64,000 nt of DNA from an uncultured Methanoregulaceae archaeon (GCA_963701095.1 OY969564.1:2176001-2240000); one strand, 5' to 3'. Shown: positions 34,246 to 44,876, counted from the first letter of the stretch. Notes: a model not told the origin generated them from the letters alone. A program made the numbers and translations.

Positions 34246-35028
34246 TTACCGTTTTACGAGACGGTGCGTTATTGCCACGAGCGGGTGACGGGCATAATCC
34301 AGCACCTGTACATCATCAAGTGTTTTTAAGTTCATCGTGTTAGCAGTCCGTTCCATTCCAAGTTCGATATCATCGTTAATTTCAATAATATAAGCATCAA
34401 GGGCCGTGATGCCAAGCCTCTTTGCAGCAATCGCACGATGGTGGCCATCCACCAAAATCGTCCGGCCCGGTCGGCGAACTACAATAATTGGTTCCGCAAG
34501 TCCTTTTTTGATTTCATAGATCCGGCCTTCCAGTTCGTCTTCGTAAATCTTGGATTGTGTCGGGAGCAGGTCCCTGATGGGAACAATCCCCCGGTTGAGT
34601 GTGGGATCAACGCCGTAAAGTTTTTTGAGCGTTGTTATGAAATTGAAGACTTTCTCAGGGGAAACGTGTTCGATTTGTGAACGGATCACATCTGAATTCG
34701 AAATGATCCCGAGCAGATGATTCTTCTCGTCTACAACAGGAAGTTTCTGGATACCGCTACGAAAAATTACTCTGGCGGCATCAGTGATATCCATCTCGGG
34801 ATCCGCTACGATAAGTTCTCCGGACATGGTCTGTTCTATTGTTTCATTCGGTTTTACAAAAAGCAGGTCACGGGCAGCAATATACCCGACAACTTTATCG
34901 CCGTCAAGAACCGGGAAGCCGTCATGTTTGGTCTGCTGGATCTTTTCAATTACCGATTGGACAGTCCCATGCAGATCCACACTGATGACATCATAGGTCA
35001 TATAGTCCTTGACCTTTTTTTTATCCAT
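34246..35028 (-). CDS. CBS-pair + ParB/Srx-like domain protein
   Basis: Two CBS repeats (GFPVLD, LPVVD); PTQ...PIIV...LVDGHHR. Confidence 0.88.
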   Translation of the reverse strand: MDKKKVKDYMTYDVISVDLHGTVQSVIEKIQQTKHDGFPVLDGDKVVGYIAARDLLFVKPNETIEQTMSGELIVADPEMDITDAARVIFRSGIQKLPVVDEKNHLLGIISNSDVIRSQIEHVSPEKVFNFITTLKKLYGVDPTLNRGIVPIRDLLPTQSKIYEDELEGRIYEIKKGLAEPIIVVRRPGRTILVDGHHRAIAAKRLGITALDAYIIEINDDIELGMERTANTMNLKTLDDVQVLDYARHPLVAITHRLVKR

Positions 35029-35198
35029 CTGTATATTTTCCGGCTCCCGTGACTTTAAATGAATCGATACAGGAAGAGAATTCGGATGAAATTATAATGG
35101 GTGAGGGGGGTGGAATTTCACGCTATAAGAAAAGATGTACCTCGTATCAGAATAGTTTATGACCGTTCAACAGTGAATGATTAAAGAGGATCATTGGA

Positions 35199-35889
35199 AT
35201 GGGAACAAAAAAACAAGCAGAAAAATCAAAAAAGCTGTGGATAAAAGTACCTTGCGGTACTTGCCGGGATTGTATTCGTTTTTCTCATGGTATTCTCTGC
35301 TGTGGGCTCAAGCTGGATTACATCTCTTGCCTCGATCAAACCCGGCGACGTGGTAGTATTAGACTATACACTCAAAGATGCTCAGGGTAATCCTATTGTG
35401 ACCTCAAACCAGCAGCTTTACACACAGCTCACAAGTCAGGGGTCTAATATTATGTTTTCAAAGCCTCTCACGATCACAGCAAATCAGTCTCTTGTTACTA
35501 ATTTATCTCCGGTGCAGGTCTATTCACAATCAGCAGGTTGGACAAACCAACTCGCTTTATTAAAAAGCGAGTACGACACAATCAGTTCGGGGATTATAGG
35601 TCTCAAAGTAAACGGTCGTAAAACAATCTCCCTCCCCTCAGCAGAATCGGAGTTCGTATCGTCACAACAGCTGGCATTGAGCAACCTGAGTGTTTCATCA
35701 ATTCAGGTTGGTGATCTGATGCCCCTTGGTGTCTCCGATACCCCGATGGCGTCGGCAAACCAATCCAGTTCCACACAATACTTCAGGATTGCAGAAGTGG
35801 TAAACAAAACGAAGGATGGCATCACCCTTGATTTCTCTTACCCTAGTGTCGATATAACAGTAACATCGATCAATCAGGCATCGAGCTGA
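35199..35889 (+). CDS. membrane-anchored degenerate FKBP-fold protein; apparent extra A at 35243-35246
   Basis: Joined N-terminus MGTKK..WIKYLAVLAGIVFVFLMVFS; IKPGDVVVLDYTLKD, GIIGLKVNG, ITLDF. Confidence 0.6.
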
Positions 35890-36121
35890 TACACTCTTTA
35901 GAAAACAATTTTAACAATTTTTCAAATCTTCCATGAATGTGATAAACTTATTTCGTCTTTTCCAGAATTTTCCGTCTCCCTGTTCGATACATTAGTGGCC
36001 GGATCCCTATATGGATTGTTTGACCCCCACAAAGGCATCACATTTTTCAAAAAAAAGATCGTTCAAAAAAGAATTTCAATTCGGGATCGAATTGCATCAT
36101 AAGAACTATTCGAAAAAAAAC

Positions 36122-36697
36122 TTACGATCTGAACCCGTAGATACGCTTGATACGGTGAGCGATCGTTTTCCAACCCTCTTTTCGCATCAGGGGGCCGTCG
36201 CGCAGCTTAATATGGGACAGGGTGAAGCGTTTCCCATCGACTACGTATTTTTCGCCTACAACAAATTCGTCCTCTCCTTCACATTCAGTATAAAGAGGAA
36301 TCGTCTTTCTGCCGTCATGCACTGAGATTTTTACAACAACCCTGTCGATGGTCCGGGTCCACAGTGTTGTAATATCTTTTGCCTTTGCCCGTGGCAGCCG
36401 TCTCCCCCCACATTCAATTGCAGTAACCTCTACACCATAGGCTTCATCCCCGCATTCTGCTACCAGATGATCCTCAAGGAAACACTCGTCATCCGGGTCG
36501 AATTCTATGGAACCATTTAATGAGGTCCCTTCCCGGGAAATGATGGTCTTTATCACAAGCATTTCAGGTTCCTTTTCCCATGGAATCCGGTGGTGGAGAC
36601 CGCATGTTGTGCACCGGACGAGGCGATCGCGGGATTCAGAGAGAACTTCATGTTCGGTCTCTTCCCGGCAGTCGGGACATAAAACGGTGATAAACAT
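36122..36697 (-). CDS. HVO_0476-like zinc finger protein
   Basis: CPDC..HEVL...VRCTTCG; AKDITTLWTR. Confidence 0.82.
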   Translation of the reverse strand: MFITVLCPDCREETEHEVLSESRDRLVRCTTCGLHHRIPWEKEPEMLVIKTIISREGTSLNGSIEFDPDDECFLEDHLVAECGDEAYGVEVTAIECGGRRLPRAKAKDITTLWTRTIDRVVVKISVHDGRKTIPLYTECEGEDEFVVGEKYVVDGKRFTLSHIKLRDGPLMRKEGWKTIAHRIKRIYGFRS

Positions 36698-36731
36698 TAA
36701 AATATGAATGGCGACCCTCACATGATAAAGC

Positions 36732-37169
36732 ATGAAGGCGCAGGAGATTATCCGGTGCCGGGGCCATCCGTTCGTCCTCGGTACCCATCCGACAACATTT
36801 GAGGTGACCTGCGAAGAGCAGCTCAGCCAAAATGGCAACTGCATTATTGGTATAGCCGCAGACAAAGGTTGCGCCGGACTCTCCCCGGAATTCAGGGCCC
36901 TCCTTTCCAACGACGACGCAGTGCTCGTGACCTGGCTTTGCTCCGGCGACATTACAGCCGAAATCCGATCGCAGGGTTCGGCTCATTTAACTCTCGATCA
37001 CCCGACTGATATTGTCTGGCGGCGCAGTACGTTTACCTGTGGAAGAACCATCGGCATCTGCTCTGATCAGGTCGCTACGTCGCTGTCCAGGGAGCTGATC
37101 ACCAGACTCAAGGGTGGTGCCGAAATGACCGTTACCCTTACCGTCACTCGTCCCGGCTCAGGGTCGTAA
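36732..37169 (+). CDS. DUF371-family protein
   Basis: GHP.V..THPTTFEVT...GNCIIGI.ADK. Confidence 0.88.
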   Translation: MKAQEIIRCRGHPFVLGTHPTTFEVTCEEQLSQNGNCIIGIAADKGCAGLSPEFRALLSNDDAVLVTWLCSGDITAEIRSQGSAHLTLDHPTDIVWRRSTFTCGRTIGICSDQVATSLSRELITRLKGGAEMTVTLTVTRPGSGS

Positions 37170-37329
37170 TCTTTTCTTCAGCGTCAGCAAGCAAGGATTC
37201 GCATTGTTTCACGAGTTCTGCACCCCGTTCGTATAATTTCATGCTTTCATCCAGGCTTGTGCCGCCGTCTTCAATTTTTGCAATAATCTGTCGTAATTGC
37301 TCGATCTTTTCTTCGTAGGTTTCAGTCAT
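37144..37329 (-). CDS. xseB: exodeoxyribonuclease VII small subunit
   Basis: YEEKIEQL...SLDESMKLYERG...C..LL..AE. Confidence 0.92.
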   Translation of the reverse strand: MTETYEEKIEQLRQIIAKIEDGGTSLDESMKLYERGAELVKQCESLLADAEEKITTLSRDE

Positions 37330-38578
37330 GATCTACACGCTCCGTAACAACCCTGCTGCACCCATCATAAAAATGCAGGTCCAGACGGTCGTCTTTTTTG
37401 AGACTATTCACCGTTTTCACCACGATACCGTCTTTTTCTGCAACACAATATCCCCGGGCAAGAACAGCGCGAGGGCTTCTTCCTTCAAGTGAAGTTTTTA
37501 TTTCCGCAAGCGTAAGATGATCGCGTTCGATCCTGGTTACGAACGCTCGTTCGAGTCTGTCAGAGAGATCTGCAGTGGCCTGTCTCTTCTCACTAATTCT
37601 CCGGGAGAACCGTTGCGGGCGGAAACGATCCCGCAGATCCGTAACCTCCTCCCGTGCGCGTGTAATGCGGGCAAGCAGAGTTGTCCTTAGTTGGCACTGG
37701 AGATCAACAACCACAATCCGGAGATCTTTCCTGTCCGGTACTACCAATTCGGCTGCGGCTGAAGGCGTTGGAGCTCGAACATCGGCGGCGAGATCTGCAA
37801 GGGTTATATCAACTTCGTGGCCTATTGCTGATACAACCGGCACAGGACAAGCGACAATCGCCCGAACGACATCAGGATGGTTAAAAGGGAAGAGATCCTC
37901 AAAACTTCCTCCGCCCCTGGCAACGATTACGACATCGACGTATTTTGCGACGCGAGCCAGAGCGAGAGTGATCCCGGCGTGCGCGTCTTCACCCTGAACT
38001 GCGGTAGGGGATATAATGATCTCCACAGGGAAACGACGGGCAATTACTGTACGGATATCGTGGATGACGGCACCGGTCTCAGACGTGACCACACCTACCC
38101 GGGAAGGAAACTGAGGAAGAAGACGCTTCCGGTCTGTTGCAAAACATCCCTCGCTTGCCAGTTCTTTTCTCCATCTCTCGACTAAAAGGAATTTTTCCCC
38201 GGCGCCACCCCGGGTCATCTTTTTTACCTGCAACTGGTAGGATCCCTGTGGTGGATATACCCGGACTGAACCGGTGACAACCACCTCCAAACCGTCTTCC
38301 GGGCTGAACGAAAGACGGTCCGTGTCCGCTCGCCACATAACACACCTGATGACCGAAGGCATATTTTCATTCCCTTTCTCTGAAAGAGAGAAGTATAGGT
38401 GACCACGGCTGTGGCGTTTATAGTTGGTGATCTCTCCCTGGACCCTTATATCCTGTAATTGTCGATTATCGAGGAGACATTCAATGATGCCACTGAGCTC
38501 TCGTACTGTGAGTGGTTTGTCGGGGGTTTCCGCCGGTTCCTGCGTGTCCGATGACTCGGATTGGTAAAACCAGTCCAT
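37322..38578 (-). CDS. xseA: exodeoxyribonuclease VII large subunit
   Basis: GHLYFSL, ARGGGSFEDL, SAIGHEVD, RAPTPSAAAE. Confidence 0.96.
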   Translation of the reverse strand: MDWFYQSESSDTQEPAETPDKPLTVRELSGIIECLLDNRQLQDIRVQGEITNYKRHSRGHLYFSLSEKGNENMPSVIRCVMWRADTDRLSFSPEDGLEVVVTGSVRVYPPQGSYQLQVKKMTRGGAGEKFLLVERWRKELASEGCFATDRKRLLPQFPSRVGVVTSETGAVIHDIRTVIARRFPVEIIISPTAVQGEDAHAGITLALARVAKYVDVVIVARGGGSFEDLFPFNHPDVVRAIVACPVPVVSAIGHEVDITLADLAADVRAPTPSAAAELVVPDRKDLRIVVVDLQCQLRTTLLARITRAREEVTDLRDRFRPQRFSRRISEKRQATADLSDRLERAFVTRIERDHLTLAEIKTSLEGRSPRAVLARGYCVAEKDGIVVKTVNSLKKDDRLDLHFYDGCSRVVTERVDHD

Positions 38579-38621
38579 CAGGATTTATTATACACAAAGC
38601 GCTTATTTAATTAGTATTATC

Positions 38622-39449
38622 ATGACCGCTTACGGCGTTTCAAGCATGTTCTTCCATGATTATACCTCAGGGAAGATATTCTCGTTTGTCGCACAAACCG
38701 GTCTTGATGGGCTTGAATTCTGGCTTGAAACCCCCCACTTCTGGCTTCGTGATCTCCCGGTCAACGAATTAATTGGATGTCGGCAGGAATATCCGGAGAT
38801 TACCACCTTTTCTGTGCATGCACCAGTCTTGGATCTCAATCCATGTTCTATCAACCCGGATATCGCAGAAATTTCCGTCGTCTCAACGGTCCGGGCACTT
38901 ACCATGGCAAAGGCCCTGGGAGTTAGTGTCTTCACAGTACATCCCGGCAGGAGGACGGCGAAACGGCCTCCGGGGGATGCAGATCTCGCCCGGTTTGATC
39001 ATTATATATCTGCACTCCGGGATGCCGCCCTCAAGGACCCTTTAACTGTCGCGATTGAAAATATGGAACCAGCCGTTAATTCTCTTATCTGTACTCCTGA
39101 GCGGATGAGGGAAGTTCTTGATGCCGAACCGTGGCTCAGATTCACGCTTGATACATCCCACGCACTTATAGCGTCAGAGGAAATAGTAATGGAATACATC
39201 GATCTTTGTTCTGACCGGCTCGCCAACGTGCACATCAGCAGAGCAGAAAATTGCCGGATGCACCTCCCGCTTGACCAGAGCCCCGTTATTGCCCGGATCC
39301 TGGGGGCGCTCTGTGATCACCATTATCAGGGCGCCCTCATGCTTGAGATCGATGATCTCAACTTCAAAAAACCATTGTCTGCCGGGGAAAAATGTGCAGT
39401 CCTTGCAAGAGATCTTGCATTTATGAAGGACTGTATGGAGCAGGAATGA
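38622..39449 (+). CDS. sugar phosphate isomerase/epimerase (AP endonuclease 2 TIM-barrel) family protein
   Basis: VHAP, VHPG, IENM, LDTSH, VHIS, MLE metal motifs. Confidence 0.85.
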   Translation: MTAYGVSSMFFHDYTSGKIFSFVAQTGLDGLEFWLETPHFWLRDLPVNELIGCRQEYPEITTFSVHAPVLDLNPCSINPDIAEISVVSTVRALTMAKALGVSVFTVHPGRRTAKRPPGDADLARFDHYISALRDAALKDPLTVAIENMEPAVNSLICTPERMREVLDAEPWLRFTLDTSHALIASEEIVMEYIDLCSDRLANVHISRAENCRMHLPLDQSPVIARILGALCDHHYQGALMLEIDDLNFKKPLSAGEKCAVLARDLAFMKDCMEQE

Positions 39450-39558
39450 TTACAAAACCGTCGTCCGTTGGTTTTATTAAATCATGTTCCCCATACTTGC
39501 TGTAGATAACGACTATGAACCAAAGATACTGTCGTGCTCTTGCACGGCGTGAAAGAAG

Positions 39559-40836
39559 ATGATAGAGGATTTTTTTTATCTTCTGCTCTTTATCATCTGC
39601 ATCCTGCTCTCCGCTTTTTTCTCCAGTTCGGAGGTCGCTCTCATCTCGATTACCAAGGCGAGGGTTCGAACACTGGTTAACGATAAGAAGCCAGGATCTC
39701 TCGCACTTGCCACCTTAAAAGAAAAGCCGGATCATTTCCTGATTACCATCCTTATAGGAAATACTATCGTCAATATAGCGGCTGCAGCCATCGCCACCGC
39801 GATTGCAATCAACCTTTTTGGCGGCATTGGGGTAGGGATCGCTACGGTCTTTGTGGTTGTAATTCTGCTGGTGTTTGGAGAGATCGGTCCAAAGATTTAC
39901 GCAACCCGTACCCCGGATAATTACCCCCGGGCAGTCGCACCTGTCATACTTTTCCTCTCGCGCCTTCTCTCTCCTGTTATCTGGATCGTAGAGCGGGTGA
40001 GCCCCTCTCTTGGTGTTGGTAAAGATTCCGGAGAGCCTGCCATTACTGAACAAGAGATCAGAGAATGGATCGACGTGGGAAAGGAAGAAGGGACTATCGA
40101 ACAGGATGAAAAAGAGATGTTATATTCTGTCCTTGAGTTCGGGGATAAGACCGCGAGAGAGATCATGACCCCCCGCGTTGATGTTACCCTGATGCAAGAT
40201 ACCATGGCAATTAACGAAGTCATCCGGATCTTCAATGAAACAGGCTTTTCCAGAATCCCGGTTTACAACGGGCAGATTGATAATATTACCGGGGTTCTTA
40301 ATGTAAAAGATGTCTTCTCTGCAATGGTTTCCAAAAGGAAGGACATCTCGATAAAAGAGATAATGTATGACCCGACCTTTGTACCGGAAACAAAGAAAAT
40401 TGACGATCTCTTAAAGGAACTTCAGGTACACCGGGTCCAGATTGCTATTGTAATCGATGAATACAGCAGTTTTGTTGGGATAGTAACCGTTGAGGACATA
40501 CTAGAAGAGCTTGTTGGTGATATCAGGGACGAGTACGACCGGGAAGAACCCGATGTCCAGAAAATTGCAGACGGCGTCTTTGTACTTGATGCCCAGATGT
40601 GGGTTGATAATATCAACGACGAGCTGGGCCTTGGGCTTCCCATAGACGAGTCTTACGAGACTGTTGGCGGCCTTTTGATTGACAGGCTCGGGCACATACC
40701 TCAGCATCCGGGAGAAAAAGTTGAGATCGAGAGAGGAAGGATAACTCTTGTTGTCATGCAAATGCATGGCCGACGCATCGTAAAAGTCAAGTGTGTCGTC
40801 CGACCGGAGATCCAGGATGGGGGCGACGTCCGATAA
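39559..40836 (+). CDS. CNNM/CorC (hemolysin-family) CBS membrane protein
   Basis: FFSSSEVAL, FGEIGPK, FSRIPVY, EDILEELVG. Confidence 0.93.
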   Translation: MIEDFFYLLLFIICILLSAFFSSSEVALISITKARVRTLVNDKKPGSLALATLKEKPDHFLITILIGNTIVNIAAAAIATAIAINLFGGIGVGIATVFVVVILLVFGEIGPKIYATRTPDNYPRAVAPVILFLSRLLSPVIWIVERVSPSLGVGKDSGEPAITEQEIREWIDVGKEEGTIEQDEKEMLYSVLEFGDKTAREIMTPRVDVTLMQDTMAINEVIRIFNETGFSRIPVYNGQIDNITGVLNVKDVFSAMVSKRKDISIKEIMYDPTFVPETKKIDDLLKELQVHRVQIAIVIDEYSSFVGIVTVEDILEELVGDIRDEYDREEPDVQKIADGVFVLDAQMWVDNINDELGLGLPIDESYETVGGLLIDRLGHIPQHPGEKVEIERGRITLVVMQMHGRRIVKVKCVVRPEIQDGGDVR

Positions 40837-40846
40837 CCGAGGAAGT

Positions 40847-41452
40847 ATGGAAAAGCGGATCGTAGTAGTTGCTTCCGGAAGGGGTTCGAACTTTCAGGCC
40901 GTTATCAATGCCCTGAAGAGAGGGACAATACCAGCGATCTGCGTGGCACTTATCACTGATAATTCAAAAGCCTATGTGATCGAGCGGGCAAAATCTGAGT
41001 GCATCCCGGTTATTTTGGTTGATTACGCAACATTCTCCTCCCGGGAACTCTACGAACAGGCCCTTCTTACCGCACTTAAAAAAACCCAGCCAGATCTCGT
41101 TGTCCTTGCCGGTTATATGAGGATTATGGGTAGAGGCGTCGTGAAGGAATTTTCAGGAAGGATGATGAATATCCATCCGGCGCTTCTCCCCAGTTTTGCC
41201 GGTCTCCATGCCCAGCGCCAGGCTCTTCTGCATGCGGTAAAAGTTACCGGGTGCACGGTGCATTTCGTCGATGATAGTCTGGATGGGGGGCCGATTATCC
41301 TCCAGCGCTGCGTACGGGTGATGGACGAAGACGACGAGGACACCCTCGCCGAACGTATCCTCATCCAGGAGCATATTGCCCTCCCTGAAGCAATCAGGCT
41401 TTTCTGCGAGGATCGTCTGACCATCGAAGGCAGGAAAGTCCGGACACGGTGA
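40847..41452 (+). CDS. purN: phosphoribosylglycinamide formyltransferase
   Basis: SGRGSNFQA, LAGYMRI, NIHPALLPSF, GCTVHFV..DGGPII. Confidence 0.96.
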   Translation: MEKRIVVVASGRGSNFQAVINALKRGTIPAICVALITDNSKAYVIERAKSECIPVILVDYATFSSRELYEQALLTALKKTQPDLVVLAGYMRIMGRGVVKEFSGRMMNIHPALLPSFAGLHAQRQALLHAVKVTGCTVHFVDDSLDGGPIILQRCVRVMDEDDEDTLAERILIQEHIALPEAIRLFCEDRLTIEGRKVRTR

Positions 41453-41543
41453 TTGACTTTTCTGAAAGGGAAATATTGTCCGGGCACCCGCTTTTTTATA
41501 TCCCGGCCGCTGATAGTATGACACCTGCAAGGTAGCCACGAAC

Positions 41544-41858
41544 ATGAAAGACAGGAAACGCACCGCCTCCTTAAAACCATTGGCACGGGAGCGGATTGCC
41601 GTGCTTTTTTCTGAAGCGGAAAAGATATACAATAAGCATCCCGAATATAGTGACCGCTATGTTGCTCTCGCCCGGAAGATTTCCATGCGTGAGCGTGTCA
41701 GGATCGACCGGGAATACCGTCATCGTTTCTGCCATCACTGCTACCGGTACCTCATGCCGGGAATGAATATGCGTGTGCGAATACACCCGGGATGGGTTGC
41801 GGTAACCTGTCTCGATTGCAAAAAGACGACCCGGTACAGGATGGAGGTATCCCCGTGA
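41544..41858 (+). CDS. rnp4: RNase P protein component 4 (Rpp21)
   Basis: ARERI, RYVALA, CHHC...C..C zinc ribbon. Confidence 0.92.
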   Translation: MKDRKRTASLKPLARERIAVLFSEAEKIYNKHPEYSDRYVALARKISMRERVRIDREYRHRFCHHCYRYLMPGMNMRVRIHPGWVAVTCLDCKKTTRYRMEVSP

Positions 41859-42106
41859 CCACAAAAACTGATCCCGCGATGCAGGACCTCAAACCAACGG
41901 TCTGGATTGGAAAACAGGGCTGCACCGAAGCGGCTGTCGAAGAGATCGTAGCCCAGCTCAAAAAACGCAAGACCATAAAGATAAAGTGGCTTCAGAATAC
42001 GGATGTAGATCCTGATGCGGTGGCGGCTGCGGCCCATGCTGCTCTCGTCGAAGTCAGAGGAAGGACAATGGTTCTTACCGAATCGGCAAAAAAGGGAAAA
42101 AAATAA
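41855..42106 (+). CDS. YhbY/CRM RNA-binding protein
   Basis: PTVWIGKQG, VRGRTMVL; GTG start after GGAGG. Confidence 0.9.
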   Translation: MTTKTDPAMQDLKPTVWIGKQGCTEAAVEEIVAQLKKRKTIKIKWLQNTDVDPDAVAAAAHAALVEVRGRTMVLTESAKKGKK

Positions 42107-42204
42107 GTCCTTTTACCGGTATCCGGTATCTCGAAATATATAAAAACCTCGCTTACCAATAAGATAAGACTGTTATTTAATTTTAAAAACAGTGAGGAAT
42201 CTAC

Positions 42205-42825
42205 ATGACGACCGTATATGATGTCCCGGCCGACGATCTTATCAGAAAGGTTGCCGAGGAGCTCAGGAAGCGGCAGGAGATCAAGCCGCCAGCATGGGCT
42301 GCCTTTGCAAAAACCGGGGTGCACAAGGAGATGCCCCCGGAAGACCCCGACTGGTGGTTCACCCGGGCAGCAGCAGTGCTGAGACGCGTCTACGTCGACG
42401 GCCCCCTGGGCGTCGAAAGGATGCGGAGTTTCTATGGAGGGAGTAAGAACCGCGGCTCAAGACCGAATGCTTTCCGGAAGGGCAGCGGTTCTATTCTCAG
42501 AAAAGCCCTCCAGCAGCTTGAAGCGGCGGGTTTTATCATTCATGACAAGACTGGCCGCAAAGTGTCCCCTGCTGGCATGGCATTTCTGGACAGTATGGCA
42601 AAAGACGTCCTTGCCAACCCTCCGGCACCGATCCCAAAACGGGTAAAACCGGTAGCCGAAGAGCCAAAGAAGGCAGAGACCAAGAAGACCAAAGGGGCAA
42701 AGGCCGAGAAGTCCGATGATGCAAAAGGCGATAAAAAGCCCGCTGCAAAGAAGGGCGAAGGCAAGAAAGCTGAAAAGCCCGAAGGTCATAAAGAAAAAGC
42801 TGAAGGCAAAAAGCCTGAAGCGTAA
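42205..42825 (+). CDS. rps19e: 30S ribosomal protein S19e with a Lys/Glu-rich tail
   Basis: MTTVYDVPAD, KTGVHKEMPP..PDWW, GSILRKALQQLE. Confidence 0.97.
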   Translation: MTTVYDVPADDLIRKVAEELRKRQEIKPPAWAAFAKTGVHKEMPPEDPDWWFTRAAAVLRRVYVDGPLGVERMRSFYGGSKNRGSRPNAFRKGSGSILRKALQQLEAAGFIIHDKTGRKVSPAGMAFLDSMAKDVLANPPAPIPKRVKPVAEEPKKAETKKTKGAKAEKSDDAKGDKKPAAKKGEGKKAEKPEGHKEKAEGKKPEA

Positions 42826-42839
42826 GTTGGTGACAATCC

Positions 42840-43178
42840 ATGGGAGACGATGAGCTGAGTGAAATCCGCAAAAGGAGGATGGCGCAACTCCAGCAACAGG
42901 CCGGCGACCAGCAGGCTATGCAGGAAGAAGCTGAACGCCAGCAGCGTCTCAAGTCCCAGATGCAGATGGTGCTTATGCAGATTCTCGAGCCCGATGCCCG
43001 TGAACGCCTGAACACCATCAAACTCACAAAACCGGACTTCGCAGCTGCCGTGGAACAACAGCTGGTGATGCTTGCCCAAAGCGGGCGCATCCAGCAGAAA
43101 ATCACCGATGCACAGTTAAAAGATCTGCTCCGGCAGCTTGCGCCGGCAAAACGGGATTACTCAATCACCAGAAAGTGA
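42840..43178 (+). CDS. PDCD5/TFAR19-like DNA-binding protein
   Basis: ELSEIRKRRMAQLQ, ARERL..IKLTKP. Confidence 0.93.
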   Translation: MGDDELSEIRKRRMAQLQQQAGDQQAMQEEAERQQRLKSQMQMVLMQILEPDARERLNTIKLTKPDFAAAVEQQLVMLAQSGRIQQKITDAQLKDLLRQLAPAKRDYSITRK

Positions 43179-43780
43179 TGAAAGCAGGAGTGCTGTATAG
43201 CGGCGGGAAGGATAGTTCCCTTGCAGCGATAATGCTGGGTACGTATTACGAGGTTGAACTCAACACGTTTGTGTTCGACCCCGCCCGCTTAATTCCGACA
43301 ATAGAACTTGCCGCGCAGGTGCTGGGGTTCCCTTTGAGAAAACGGGTATTTCCCGAAGGAATGGCAGAAGAGATGGCAGATATGGTAATTTCATGCAGGT
43401 ATCCCAACGATGCAATCAACCGCATCCATAAAACTGCCATTGAGACCCTTGCCGGGGAGTATGAAGTCGTTGGCGATGGCACCAGGTTTGATGACCGGGT
43501 GCCAATGCTCTCCAGGGCAGAAGTGCAGAGTATCTGTGGCCGGTCTGGTAGCACGTACGTGCGTCCTCTTCTTGGCTACATGCGGTCCGAAGTCGACCGG
43601 CTGGTTGATCGGTTCCTCCTTGTGGAATACGGGGAGACCGGAGTAATCCAGAACGGCGATTACGAATCTGAGATCAGGGCGGCGATCCGTACCCGCGGAG
43701 CTGATCCCACCTCCCTGTTCCCCTCGCACCATGAGCAGTCGCTTGTGGTAGGAAGAAAAGAAGCAACAACAACAAGGTGA
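43178..43780 (+). CDS. PP-loop (adenine nucleotide alpha hydrolase) superfamily protein
   Basis: [26 protein letters not shown]; conserved synteny. Confidence 0.85.
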   Translation: MKAGVLYSGGKDSSLAAIMLGTYYEVELNTFVFDPARLIPTIELAAQVLGFPLRKRVFPEGMAEEMADMVISCRYPNDAINRIHKTAIETLAGEYEVVGDGTRFDDRVPMLSRAEVQSICGRSGSTYVRPLLGYMRSEVDRLVDRFLLVEYGETGVIQNGDYESEIRAAIRTRGADPTSLFPSHHEQSLVVGRKEATTTR

Positions 43781-43785
43781 AGAAC

Positions 43786-43938
43786 ATGAGCAAGCTCAGT
43801 AAAGGAAGGAAGATCCGTCTGGCAAAGGCATGTGACCAGAACCGGCGTGTGCCTCAGTGGGTCATGATAAGGACGAAAAGGGCCGTCGTTTCCCACCCGA
43901 AAAGACGCAACTGGCGCAGAAGCACGTTAAAGGTGTAA
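43786..43938 (+). CDS. rpl39e: 50S ribosomal protein L39e (below the ORF-track length cutoff)
   Basis: Manual translation: [50 protein letters not shown]. Confidence 0.97.
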   Translation: MSKLSKGRKIRLAKACDQNRRVPQWVMIRTKRAVVSHPKRRNWRRSTLKV

Positions 43939-43942
43939 GATC

Positions 43943-44209
43943 ATGGCAGAACAGATGCAGGAACATGTCTATATTATCCCCCTCAGGGATGCGCGCAGGA
44001 TGCCCCGGTGGAAACGGGCTAATGGTGCGATTAAGGATATTCGCAAGTACCTTGCCAAGCATATGAAAACCGACAACGTCAAGCTTGACAAGACCATCAA
44101 TGAGAAGGTATGGAGCCGGGGAAGTGAAAAGCCGCCCTCAAAGATCCGTATCCGTGCCATGAAAATGGAAGACGGACAGGTCCAGGCGGAATTAGCCCCG
44201 GAATCGTAA
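43943..44209 (+). CDS. rpl31e: 50S ribosomal protein L31e
   Basis: [18 protein letters not shown]. Confidence 0.96.
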   Translation: MAEQMQEHVYIIPLRDARRMPRWKRANGAIKDIRKYLAKHMKTDNVKLDKTINEKVWSRGSEKPPSKIRIRAMKMEDGQVQAELAPES

Positions 44210-44213
44210 ATCT

Positions 44214-44876
44214 ATGGAACGTACAACTACATTTGACGGGGATCCAAATATCGGGGTTTTTGCCCGGGTAACCGGCGATATTGCTGTGATACCCCCGGAA
44301 GCACCGGAAGAGTTCCGGGCTGCACTCAGAGAAGCGCTCGGCGTCGAGCTGGTAATTACGACGATTCAGGGCAGCTCAATTATAGGTTCACTTGTCGCCG
44401 GGAATAGCCGGGGCCTCGTTGTTTCCGGCCTTGCAACTCAGGAAGAGCTCGCAGTGCTTGGGGAGTACCGTAAGGTCATGTCCCTGTCAGAAACTATGAA
44501 CGCGGCAGGTAACGTGATTATGGCAAACGATTCATTTGCTGCAGTTCATCCGGATCTTCCCGTTGACATCGCGTCAAAGATCGGAGAGTTTCTGGAAGTT
44601 GAAGTGATCCATATAACTCTCGGCGGTATCCGGACAGTCGGTATGGCCGGTGTAGCATCTAACAAGGGTGTAATTGTGCACCCTCGTGCGACGGCTCAGG
44701 AGATAGCACGACTCGAAGCGGTGGCAAAAGTTCCGGTTGGTACCGGCACGATTAATATGGGCAGCGGTCTTGTCGGCACCGGGGTTCTCGTAAACGATAC
44801 GGGATACTTAGCCGGTAATGCGACAAGCGGGTTTGAACTGGGAAGGATCGAGGACGTATTCGGATTTATGGAGTGA
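44214..44876 (+). CDS. eif6: translation initiation factor 6 (aIF6)
   Basis: [27 protein letters not shown]. Confidence 0.96.
   Translation: MERTTTFDGDPNIGVFARVTGDIAVIPPEAPEEFRAALREALGVELVITTIQGSSIIGSLVAGNSRGLVVSGLATQEELAVLGEYRKVMSLSETMNAAGNVIMANDSFAAVHPDLPVDIASKIGEFLEVEVIHITLGGIRTVGMAGVASNKGVIVHPRATAQEIARLEAVAKVPVGTGTINMGSGLVGTGVLVNDTGYLAGNATSGFELGRIEDVFGFME

Noticed and set aside
36698..36952. 85-aa N-terminal extension of the zinc finger ORF
   Set aside because: It overlaps the DUF371 gene on the opposite strand; the real start is ATG 36697
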